From positions 1 through 34,243 of IMG/VR virus record IMGVR_UViG_3300020403_000042: 34,243 bases of DNA; one strand, given 5' to 3'. The first letter of the stretch is position 1. Each line of letters begins with the position of its first letter. The DNA is from a virus (Duplodnaviria > Caudoviricetes). The notes below the pieces were generated by a model. That model made no database searches. It was given only the letters and a program-made list of their open reading frames with translations, and was not told the DNA's origin. The translations under genes were made by a program, and so were the position numbers. Below are positions 15,724 through 24,632 of the stretch, piece after piece.

Positions 15724-18700
15724 TGGAAAAAGTAAGTGTTTTAAGCTCCGCCCCTATTGTTAATCAAGACTATTCTTCCAAGGATAATAGCCTGATTGAA
15801 TCAAAAGTCTTTAATAAAACTTTAGGTAAGTCTGCGGATAGAGTTGAAGTTCATATTTACAATTCAAACGGGCAATTACTTGAAAGTGAATATAATTATA
15901 GAGGATATCAACTAGGAGACACCACTCAAGATGGATTATATACAGATTTATATATAGACCCAGAACAATATCTCAGACAAGAAGGATATAATTTTGGGGA
16001 ATATAAAGTAGATTTCCATTTTTACACTAACCTTTTAGGAAGTGATAATTCTAATACATTTTTTATATCAGATATATCTAGAGATAGAACTGAATTAAAA
16101 GTTACAACATTAGGAACTCCTAATTCTACTTTATCTGAATTATATTTAAATTATATTACTAATAGGGCCCAAAAAAGTTACTATTCTGATTTTGTATTAA
16201 ATTTTGGGGATAATGAGGTATTCATAGGGGTTAATATGTTAATCCAAACTAATAATCCAGATGAATCAAGTTTATTTATAAAACTATATGAACCTCTTCC
16301 ATCAAATTATCAATTAAAAGATACATTTTGGTTAGCAGAAGAATTATCTGAACCCTATTCTTTTAATGTAAATACACAATTTACAACACAAATAGATGCA
16401 GAGACAGAATTTCAAAAATTAAGAGGTCCCAATACTAATGTTGAAGTTAATAATAAAGGGGCATTAACTACTCCTTATTTTAATATTTCTAACTTATTAG
16501 ATACATCTGTAAGTTCATCTTTTCAACAATTAACATCTTTCCTTTCAGGAAGTGATATAGAAGTAAATATAGATTATTCTGATTTTGATAATTTTGTACA
16601 TTTTTCTTCTGCACGTCAAAGATTAGAAAATTTTAAATATAAATTAGGTTTAATTCAAGGTTTTAATAGAGATATTTTAACATTAAATCAATTAAACCCC
16701 CTAGCTAGTGAAACTTATTTATCTTCAAGTAAAGCGGTTTTAAAAGATAAAGTTAGTAGTATTATAGATAAATTTGATGATTATGATTATTATCTATATT
16801 ATTCTTCTGAATCAACAGCATGGCCTAAAGTAGAAGATGCTGGGGAGTATGCTTGGGAATCTTATAACGTTGCTGATTATGGAGGAACAATACAAACTTC
16901 TTCACAACAACCTTATATAAATGCTAAAGTAAATAGTGTAACAGCCCTAACATGGTATGGTAGTTTAGATGAAACTAGCCAATATTATGGGGGAATGATT
17001 AATTCCGCTTCTGTTTATGATAATTTAAATAGAGATTATATATGGAATACTCTTCCCGATTATATAAATGAAGATCCTCAAAATGATCAATTAGAAGTAT
17101 TTTCAGGGTTATTAGGACAACATTTCGATAGTTTATGGACTTATCAAAGAGCAATTACAGATTTAAGAGATGCTGATAATAGACCTAATTCTGGTATATC
17201 TAAGGATTTAGTTGCTGAAACATTAAGAAATTTTGGTATACAACTATATACTAATAGCAGAAGCAGTGCAGATATTTATAGTGCTTTCTTTGGAATAACA
17301 CCTTCGGGATCATTATTACCAAGTACAGGTTCATTAAGAATAGATACTTATGTAACTGAATCTGCTCAATCTATTCCTCAAGATACTATTACAAAGGAAA
17401 TTTATAAAAGAATTTATCATAACTTACCATTTTTATTAAAAACTAGAGGTACAAAAACAGGATTAAGAGCATTATTAAATTGTTTTGGTATCCCTGATAC
17501 TGTAATTAAGATTAGAGAATTTGGGGGATACAATAAAAAAGATACTGATTTAATAAAACAATTTGGAAATAGATTTAGTTATGCCTTCAACACAGCCTTC
17601 TCAGGAAGTATGTTATATGATAATGAACATGCTAATTATGATACAAGTGGTTCCTATTATAATTCACCATTTGGTTCAGTAAATTTACACTGGCAACCTA
17701 TTCAACCTGTATTAGAAGCTAGATATGATGAAGATGCTACATTTGATGACGCTAACAGTCAAAGTCTTTATGATGGGGGAGCTACAGACATAGTCCCAGA
17801 TACTGTCGAATTTAGATTCTTAACCCCTGGTACTCCTTATGATGATCAATATTCTCAATCATTATTTCAGGTTAATTATCCATTATCCGGATCTCCATTA
17901 ACACAATCTGTAAATTGGGGAGTCCAATTATTTTATTCATCAGCTTCTAACTCAAACTTTAATAGTGATACCCTAAATAAACAATATGCAAAATATGGAG
18001 AAATGCGTTTATTTATGTCAGGTGCACAAGGATATGTAACTTCATCTCCAATTTATTTACCATTTTTTGATAAAGGATGGTGGAATGTGATGGTACAAAG
18101 AGAAACAGGTGGATTAAGACTTTCAAACACAGGATCAGATAATAGATATACACTTTATGCTAAAAATTCTATATATGATGGTAATAGTGGTAAAGTAATA
18201 GGATACCAAGGTTCATCAAGTATTTTTATTACGGGATCAACTTCTGAATCATATAATGCTGCTTGGAATAGTTTTACTCAATGGAATTTAGAAGAATTTT
18301 ATGGATATGATGGCGTTGCTGCTATCTATGGTTATACTGATAGTTTATATGATGATTATCAAAGACCTCCTATGTATGCTTATTTAGGTGGTTCTGGATT
18401 AGGAGACGTATTAGCCCCTAAATTTACAACATTTAGTGGTTCTTTCCAAGAATTTAGATATTGGAAAGTTGTTCTTTCAGAATCCAAGTTTGATATTCAT
18501 ACTTTAAACCCAATGTCAATTGTAGGTAATGATGAACCAAAACCATTACCAACTAGAAGTCCTTCACCTACACCTACACCTAGTATAACTAGAACTCCAA
18601 GTAATACTCCAAGTATAACTCCAAGTAATACTCCAAGTATAAGTGTAACACCAAGTGTAACGCCTAGTATAACAATTAGTAAATCTATTACACCAAGTAT

Positions 18701-19145
18701 AACACCATCAATTAGTATTAGTAGTACTCCTGGTGCTTCAGCTACACCAACACCAACTAGAACAGCTACTAGAACTCCAAGTGTAACCCCAAGTGTAACA
18801 CCTAGTATATCATTTACACCAAGTGCTACGCCTACAAATACACCTACAAACACTCCAACTGTAACACCAACAGTAACTAGAAGTGCACAGGCTACACCTA
18901 CACCAACCCCTACTAAATCAGTACCTATGGGAGTATGTTCGGAATATTCAGCACAAAACCCATCAATAACTACTCGTACAGTTACATATACAGATTGTGA
19001 TGGTAATGCAGCATCATTCCAAATAAATAGTAGTGATGGGTTTATATGTTTCTGTTCTAGAACAACCCCAGTAGCTCATAGTAGTGTAATGATAGCTCCA
19101 ACGTATTCAATTTGTTCAGATAATTTTGAAGGACCATGCCCATAA
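15723..19145 (+). CDS. baseplate wedge gp7/gpI-like protein (N-part) with LamG-like domain, Pro/Thr/Ser stalk and Cys-rich tip
   Basis: LPDYINED...GQHFD; LPFLLKTRGTKTGLRALL (K/R-G-T motif); LamG-like TVEFRF...GWWNVMV...FSGSFQEFRYW; TPS repeats; 6-Cys end. Confidence 0.7.
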   Translation: MEKVSVLSSAPIVNQDYSSKDNSLIESKVFNKTLGKSADRVEVHIYNSNGQLLESEYNYRGYQLGDTTQDGLYTDLYIDPEQYLRQEGYNFGEYKVDFHFYTNLLGSDNSNTFFISDISRDRTELKVTTLGTPNSTLSELYLNYITNRAQKSYYSDFVLNFGDNEVFIGVNMLIQTNNPDESSLFIKLYEPLPSNYQLKDTFWLAEELSEPYSFNVNTQFTTQIDAETEFQKLRGPNTNVEVNNKGALTTPYFNISNLLDTSVSSSFQQLTSFLSGSDIEVNIDYSDFDNFVHFSSARQRLENFKYKLGLIQGFNRDILTLNQLNPLASETYLSSSKAVLKDKVSSIIDKFDDYDYYLYYSSESTAWPKVEDAGEYAWESYNVADYGGTIQTSSQQPYINAKVNSVTALTWYGSLDETSQYYGGMINSASVYDNLNRDYIWNTLPDYINEDPQNDQLEVFSGLLGQHFDSLWTYQRAITDLRDADNRPNSGISKDLVAETLRNFGIQLYTNSRSSADIYSAFFGITPSGSLLPSTGSLRIDTYVTESAQSIPQDTITKEIYKRIYHNLPFLLKTRGTKTGLRALLNCFGIPDTVIKIREFGGYNKKDTDLIKQFGNRFSYAFNTAFSGSMLYDNEHANYDTSGSYYNSPFGSVNLHWQPIQPVLEARYDEDATFDDANSQSLYDGGATDIVPDTVEFRFLTPGTPYDDQYSQSLFQVNYPLSGSPLTQSVNWGVQLFYSSASNSNFNSDTLNKQYAKYGEMRLFMSGAQGYVTSSPIYLPFFDKGWWNVMVQRETGGLRLSNTGSDNRYTLYAKNSIYDGNSGKVIGYQGSSSIFITGSTSESYNAAWNSFTQWNLEEFYGYDGVAAIYGYTDSLYDDYQRPPMYAYLGGSGLGDVLAPKFTTFSGSFQEFRYWKVVLSESKFDIHTLNPMSIVGNDEPKPLPTRSPSPTPTPSITRTPSNTPSITPSNTPSISVTPSVTPSITISKSITPSITPSISISSTPGASATPTPTRTATRTPSVTPSVTPSISFTPSATPTNTPTNTPTVTPTVTRSAQATPTPTPTKSVPMGVCSEYSAQNPSITTRTVTYTDCDGNAASFQINSSDGFICFCSRTTPVAHSSVMIAPTYSICSDNFEGPCP
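18550..18920 (+). repeat. coding TPS(I/V/N) tetrapeptide repeats (mucin-like stalk 1)
   Basis: Degenerate 12-bp units such as ACTCCAAGTAAT, ACTCCAAGTATA and ACACCAAGTGTA. Confidence 0.9.
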
Positions 19146-19161
19146 TAGTTTTATTAATTAA

Positions 19162-19169
19162 TATTTATA
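19162..19169 (+). promoter_or_regulatory. putative late promoter TATTTATA
   Basis: In the 33-nt gap between the two halves of the split wedge gene. Confidence 0.6.
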
Positions 19170-19178
19170 TAAAAAAGA

Positions 19179-22100
19179 ATGTCCTCAGCATATAATACAT
19201 TAGCATTTAGAATTGCATTAGGTGATGATTTAGTTCAATCACCTGGACCTTTTTTAACTTCAAGTCATCCTTCTGTAACGGGTTCAGCTCCTGCAACAGG
19301 ATCATTTGTTTATGAAAATGGACCTATAACAGAAATATATTCTGATGCTTTTATTATAAATTCTAGTTCAGTAGGATATGGACATAGTGTATACTCAGCT
19401 TTAGTAAACCCCCCAAATATTGGAGCTTTTACAGAAGTAACATCTAAAATTAGAATACCTTCTCAATCATTAGTTACAGGTTCAACTTTATCTCCACATG
19501 TAAGCATTCAGGAACCCTATGATCCTGCTTATACTAAAGATTTATCTTATTTAGAAGTAGCAATATCACCCCAAAATTCTATAAATGATGATATTAAAAA
19601 TGATTTAGGATATTTCAATATAGATGAATTTATAGGCCATCCTGCATATGCAGCCTCTGGTAGTTACCCAGATTTGGATCATTTAAGAAAAGATTATTTT
19701 AAAAAATATATAAGAAAACAAAATATTTTTGATACCATTAAATTATTATCCTATTACGATAATTCTTTATTTAAAATGATTAAAGATTTTGTTCCTGCTA
19801 AAGTTAGATTAGCAGCAGGTCTTGTTATAAAACCTAATATTTTAGAAAGATCAAAACATCCTCATTTTGCACCTAAATTAAATAGACCTGAATTTTCGGG
19901 TTCTATGTTAACACTACCTTATTTACCAAATGAAAATCAAAAATTAGTAGCTGTTACAGGTTCTAATGCTTTAGAAAAAAATATTAATACGTCCTATACT
20001 CAATCCATAACCACAATATCTGGGAGTATAACTCATGTCCAAGTAGATAGAAGAGAAACACTTACAGGTGAGTATGGTGGATCTACTATTACTGCTTATA
20101 AATTACCAACAGGTAGTATAGCATATGAAGATAATAATACATTATTAAGAAATGTAAAATATTTTGGAGATCTTATTAGTAGTGGAGATGCACAAGATAA
20201 AATTATACCTTATGGTAATTATCAAACTAGATCTTTTTATGATGGAGTTGATCAAAGAGTTGCAGTAGTTGAAAAAACAAACCCAGGAGATTCACAATAT
20301 GTTGTTCAATTATCAAATGAAGGATTTGCATCAAATGATCCTGGAAATTTGCCTTTACAAATTTATGAATTAGCACCAAGAGTAGGAGGAACAAATAATG
20401 AAGGTACTTATACAATTAGTGCTTGGGTAGCATTTTCTAGTGATTTTGATGGAGATACTGATAGAGTATTTTCGGGGTATGCAGCCTCAACACAAACTGG
20501 GGGTAATATAGAATTAAGTGGTAGAACAGGATCCTTACTAGAAACAGCTGTAGTTGGTGGACAAACATGGTATCATTATGCTGAAACATGGAGAAACCCT
20601 CCGGCATCTTCCTTTACTCAATCTGTTATAGTTGGGGAAAATGATGAAACAATCCCAGGGTTTGTTCAATTACTATTATGTCATCCTTTAACAAATACCA
20701 CAGGAAAAGTATGGCTCACTAATATACAAGTAAATCCTTATACTAGTGTTTCAGAAAGAATTTATGAAAAAGCTCCACAAATAGCAGTTAATCCTTATTT
20801 TCAAAATATCACATCATCAAGACCTAACCCTAAGTATTTAGATGCTGATTATTCTACAAATGTAATTACTCCTGTAAATTATAATTTTATTACTGGTAGA
20901 TTAGAAGGTAGTATAAGTAAAGAAGATTCTAAATTTTTAGATAGTACTACCCCAGAAAGTAACTATACTTTAGTTAGAAGTATAAATCCAAGATATAACG
21001 GAAGTAAAATTAGTTCTTTATTATATAATGAATTTACTCCTGGAGATAATTCTTATGGTGGAAATTCTACTACAGATAAAGCAGTACAAAAGTTTGCTTA
21101 TTTTGAAAAAACAACAACAGCAGGTTCGGGGTCTTTCTTTGATAGAACAAATGTATATTTAAAATATCTTATTGATGGAGATAGAAATGTTACAGAATTA
21201 AATCAAGGAAATGATAATTTATTTGAAGTACAAAACTTATTTAATAACCAACAAAATTTAGTTCTTTCATTACAAGATAATTCTATTCCTTATGATAATT
21301 TAAATTTAGATGGTGAACAAAGAATATATGCAGGAGGATTTAGATTTGAACCTATGTTGGCAATGTATCCATCATCAGCATATTCAGCTCTTCCCGTACA
21401 AATACCTCAACATTTTGATGAACCTATTCAGGTCCCAGTACCAAATTTAGGTACTGGTGAAGGACAAAATGCCTCTGTAAATTTAGGAGGTTATAACTTT
21501 GATCAAGTTGGGGCTTCCCCATCTGGAAGAACCATATTTTTAAGTGGTCAAGTTAGAGTAGCTATTAATAGAACCCAATTAGGTTTTGAAGCCGAAAGGT
21601 TAGATAGAGCTTTATTAGTATATGTTAGAGGAGCTGTTACAATAAATTATGTAATATCTCTTGGGGGAGCAGGTGTAGGAATAGCAGCCCAATTATTATC
21701 AAGAAGTGCAGAAATAATTTCTAACTCCCAATTTGGTTCTTATTTAGGACAATCTCCTAGTAATATAGCAGTCAGTCATGCTCCTAATGGAATCAAAGTA
21801 TCAGTAACATATAATTTTACTAGTAATTCAAATGTATTTGTTAGAATCCCTCCAGGACAAACTAGTGTAGTTGCTCCATTAGTAATAGGAAGACCAAATG
21901 TACAATCCGCTTTGGATATTGATTTACTTCCTAATTTACAAAATAGAATTTTTGGTTCAATTACATTACCACAAATCCAAACTTATGGAGATTATGGATT
22001 TAATCCTGCTAATCAATTTAATAGTATTTTTGGTAATTATAATCCTTACTATAACCAAAGTTATACTTCTAATACTTCAACTTATAATATTAATAGTGTA

Positions 22101-22865
22101 AATGCTGAATTAGGAAATCCATCTTCAATTTTAGTTGATAATGTTAGAGAAAGTGGATTACTAAATAATACTCCTATTACAATTGAAATTACAGGTAGTT
22201 TAGATACAGGTTCTACAGCTCAAGGTAATAGATTTTTCTTTGAAAGAAACCCATTAGTACCTTACCAATTAACTTCATCTATTAATCTAACTAGATTCCA
22301 TGGACAATTTAGACAAACTGGTAGTAGTTTTATAAGACCTTTATATGCTCCAAAAATAAATTTCAACGTTGAAAAAGGAGATATATTTAGATTTACAAAT
22401 ATACATGATGGAAATGGAGATGAAATACCTGTATCTTTTGAAAGAGAAGTTACTAATGTAATTCTTAAAGATGAATTTTTAGGAGATATAAAACCAAGTG
22501 GGTCAACTTTATTTCAAGGTGGGTCGGCTTTAAGTGGAGAATATACTTATGCTGATACTAGATTAGTAATTGAATTTGATAGTGAAACACCTATACCACC
22601 TCAAGCTTGTTATGATTATAATGCTAATAGTAGAGCTAATCCACAATACATTAACCAGTTTATTATTTATAAAAAAGTTCCAGATGAAACCTCTGTTGTT
22701 TTAGATAAAATAAAAACCTTACCTCCTATTGCTACAGGATCCTTGTCATCTTCTCTTGAAGATTCATCAAGTTCAGGATTTTTATTACCTAAATACATTA
22801 GTAAACCATTGAAGGAACAAGCAGGAAATATTATTAAAAACTTAAAAAGTCAAAATCTAATTTAA
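19179..22865 (+). CDS. large baseplate/tail structural protein (probable C-part of the gp7-like wedge) with a CBM-like insert
   Basis: MIKDFVPAKVRLAAGLVI (wedge 'P-A' C-terminal motif); TYTISAWV...W...VWLTNIQV beta-sandwich around 20130-20741. Confidence 0.65.
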   Translation: MSSAYNTLAFRIALGDDLVQSPGPFLTSSHPSVTGSAPATGSFVYENGPITEIYSDAFIINSSSVGYGHSVYSALVNPPNIGAFTEVTSKIRIPSQSLVTGSTLSPHVSIQEPYDPAYTKDLSYLEVAISPQNSINDDIKNDLGYFNIDEFIGHPAYAASGSYPDLDHLRKDYFKKYIRKQNIFDTIKLLSYYDNSLFKMIKDFVPAKVRLAAGLVIKPNILERSKHPHFAPKLNRPEFSGSMLTLPYLPNENQKLVAVTGSNALEKNINTSYTQSITTISGSITHVQVDRRETLTGEYGGSTITAYKLPTGSIAYEDNNTLLRNVKYFGDLISSGDAQDKIIPYGNYQTRSFYDGVDQRVAVVEKTNPGDSQYVVQLSNEGFASNDPGNLPLQIYELAPRVGGTNNEGTYTISAWVAFSSDFDGDTDRVFSGYAASTQTGGNIELSGRTGSLLETAVVGGQTWYHYAETWRNPPASSFTQSVIVGENDETIPGFVQLLLCHPLTNTTGKVWLTNIQVNPYTSVSERIYEKAPQIAVNPYFQNITSSRPNPKYLDADYSTNVITPVNYNFITGRLEGSISKEDSKFLDSTTPESNYTLVRSINPRYNGSKISSLLYNEFTPGDNSYGGNSTTDKAVQKFAYFEKTTTAGSGSFFDRTNVYLKYLIDGDRNVTELNQGNDNLFEVQNLFNNQQNLVLSLQDNSIPYDNLNLDGEQRIYAGGFRFEPMLAMYPSSAYSALPVQIPQHFDEPIQVPVPNLGTGEGQNASVNLGGYNFDQVGASPSGRTIFLSGQVRVAINRTQLGFEAERLDRALLVYVRGAVTINYVISLGGAGVGIAAQLLSRSAEIISNSQFGSYLGQSPSNIAVSHAPNGIKVSVTYNFTSNSNVFVRIPPGQTSVVAPLVIGRPNVQSALDIDLLPNLQNRIFGSITLPQIQTYGDYGFNPANQFNSIFGNYNPYYNQSYTSNTSTYNINSVNAELGNPSSILVDNVRESGLLNNTPITIEITGSLDTGSTAQGNRFFFERNPLVPYQLTSSINLTRFHGQFRQTGSSFIRPLYAPKINFNVEKGDIFRFTNIHDGNGDEIPVSFEREVTNVILKDEFLGDIKPSGSTLFQGGSALSGEYTYADTRLVIEFDSETPIPPQACYDYNANSRANPQYINQFIIYKKVPDETSVVLDKIKTLPPIATGSLSSSLEDSSSSGFLLPKYISKPLKEQAGNIIKNLKSQNLI

Positions 22866-22882
22866 AAGTTAGAACTTTATTA

Positions 22883-22890
22883 TATTTATA
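22883..22890 (+). promoter_or_regulatory. putative late promoter TATTTATA
   Basis: Intergenic, 18 nt before the ATG at 22909. Confidence 0.65.
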
Positions 22891-22908
22891 TACAACATTT
22901 AGAAAATT

Positions 22909-23568
22909 ATGGGATACTTAAACAATACAACAGTTACTATTGATGCTATCTTAACTAAAAAAGGTCGTGAGTTAATGGCCAAAAATGATGGCTCCTTTAG
23001 AATTACACAATTTGCTTTATCAGATGATGAGGTAGATTACACATTATACAATCCTGAACATCCTTCAGGATCAGCTTTTTTTGGGGAAGCTATAGAGAAA
23101 ATGCCTGTACTAGAAGCATTTCCAGATGAAACCCAAATTATGAAATATAAACTTGTTACCCTTCCAAGAGGTACAGCTAAACTTCCTATATTAGATATAG
23201 GATATGCAAGTATTACTCTAAGACAAGGAGCTACATTAAATATTAACCCACAAACTTTAAATTATTTAGGAGCTGCTACTACATTTGAAGCATCAGGATA
23301 TACAGCAACTATTGGTGATGTAAGAACTTTAAGTAATTTTGAAGGTTTAGGTGTTAATACTCCAGAAGCTGAAGCATTAAATACTTCAACAACTATAGGA
23401 ACTAATGTATCTAAAACAGTATTAGGAACTAATATTTCTTTAACTGCTACAACAACAAATACTTTGTTTGGTAACAATGAAACAATAACAACTCAACTTA
23501 CTATTTTAGGTAGAGATTCAGGAGCTAGATTAACTGTTCCTGTAACTATTCAAAAAGTAACACAATAA
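22909..23568 (+). CDS. baseplate/tail-fibre attachment protein
   Basis: AILTKKGRELMAK...ITQFALSD resembles the N-terminus of P2 gpH/DUF3751 tail-collar domains. Confidence 0.6.
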   Translation: MGYLNNTTVTIDAILTKKGRELMAKNDGSFRITQFALSDDEVDYTLYNPEHPSGSAFFGEAIEKMPVLEAFPDETQIMKYKLVTLPRGTAKLPILDIGYASITLRQGATLNINPQTLNYLGAATTFEASGYTATIGDVRTLSNFEGLGVNTPEAEALNTSTTIGTNVSKTVLGTNISLTATTTNTLFGNNETITTQLTILGRDSGARLTVPVTIQKVTQ

Positions 23569-23579
23569 ATTTATAGAAT

Positions 23580-24629
23580 ATGAGCTTTTTACCATTAAAT
23601 TCTGAAGATTTTGTAGTAAGTGCGGATTCTATAGTATCTACTTTATGGTCTAATAATGCTACAGAGTTAACACGATTTTTTACATCTTCAAACGCAAATA
23701 ACCAAATTGAGAAGAATTTTTACCTTCCAGTTTATGATAAAATCGAATCTGATTCTTCAGCAGAAGTTCAATTTGAATTAGCTTATGGACACAAAGCTGG
23801 TTCAGGTTCAGGTGCTTTTAATACCCTTGTCCCAGGTATTTCACCATCAAGAGTAACTTATGGCCAGTATAGAACACTAGTAACAGGAGATGAAAATACT
23901 AATTTTAATTTTGGAACTGGAAATACAGATGCCGACGCAGTATATGTAATTAATATTGATAGAGCTAGATATAAAGAATCTTTATTTCCTGGAAGTTTTA
24001 ATTTACAATTAAGAGATTTTGCAACTTCATCAAGAGTTTTAAGTTTAACAGATAATAGTAAAGATATATCTACCCTAACATATACAGATGCAGGTAGAGT
24101 ATATAAAATTGTAAGTGGTAGTAATGGTTCAGCTCATAGTGTTGCACCTATTTCTGCATCATCAACAACAGCAGGATCAACACCATCAGGAGAATATGGT
24201 AAATTTTTACCTGATGTTGGATTATTAGTATTGAATGTAAATGCTTTATCTTTAGATTTTGCATCTGGTGGTATTGCTTTACCAACCGACCTAACAGCAT
24301 CAGATACTGCCTTAAAAGATAATAATAATAATTTATTTGATAGATTTATATCTGGTACTTTTAAATTAAATTCTCAAGAAACAATTACATCAGATTTTAT
24401 ATTTGTAAGAGTACCTAATTCCGAATTTAATTATACTACAAACCCTTCTATGATAAGTGGTAGTGGGGATTTTGTATACAGCAGTTTAATCAATAACCCA
24501 CAAACTTATGTTACTACAGTAGGTTTATATAATGATAATAACGAACTATTAGCTGTAGCTAAAATGAGTAAACCATTAGTAAAAGATTTTACTAAGGAAG
24601 CTCTTATTAGGGTAAAATTAGATTTTTAA
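23580..24629 (+). CDS. baseplate/tail-fibre attachment protein (intact paralog)
   Basis: C-terminal YVTTVGLYNDNNELLAVAKMSKP (DUF3751-like GLY...LLAVA motif). Confidence 0.65.
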   Translation: MSFLPLNSEDFVVSADSIVSTLWSNNATELTRFFTSSNANNQIEKNFYLPVYDKIESDSSAEVQFELAYGHKAGSGSGAFNTLVPGISPSRVTYGQYRTLVTGDENTNFNFGTGNTDADAVYVINIDRARYKESLFPGSFNLQLRDFATSSRVLSLTDNSKDISTLTYTDAGRVYKIVSGSNGSAHSVAPISASSTTAGSTPSGEYGKFLPDVGLLVLNVNALSLDFASGGIALPTDLTASDTALKDNNNNLFDRFISGTFKLNSQETITSDFIFVRVPNSEFNYTTNPSMISGSGDFVYSSLINNPQTYVTTVGLYNDNNELLAVAKMSKPLVKDFTKEALIRVKLDF

Positions 24630-24632
24630 TGA

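Noticed and set aside
18531-19178. Group I/II intron or intein at the split points
   Set aside because: The inserts are low-complexity coding sequence with no recognisable intron core or intein C...HN termini, and the downstream half has its own promoter motif and ATG.
14535-22101. Alternative-frame + strand ORFs 14535..14738 and 21898..22101
   Set aside because: Fully nested in long structural genes; Leu/Ile-rich shifted-frame composition.
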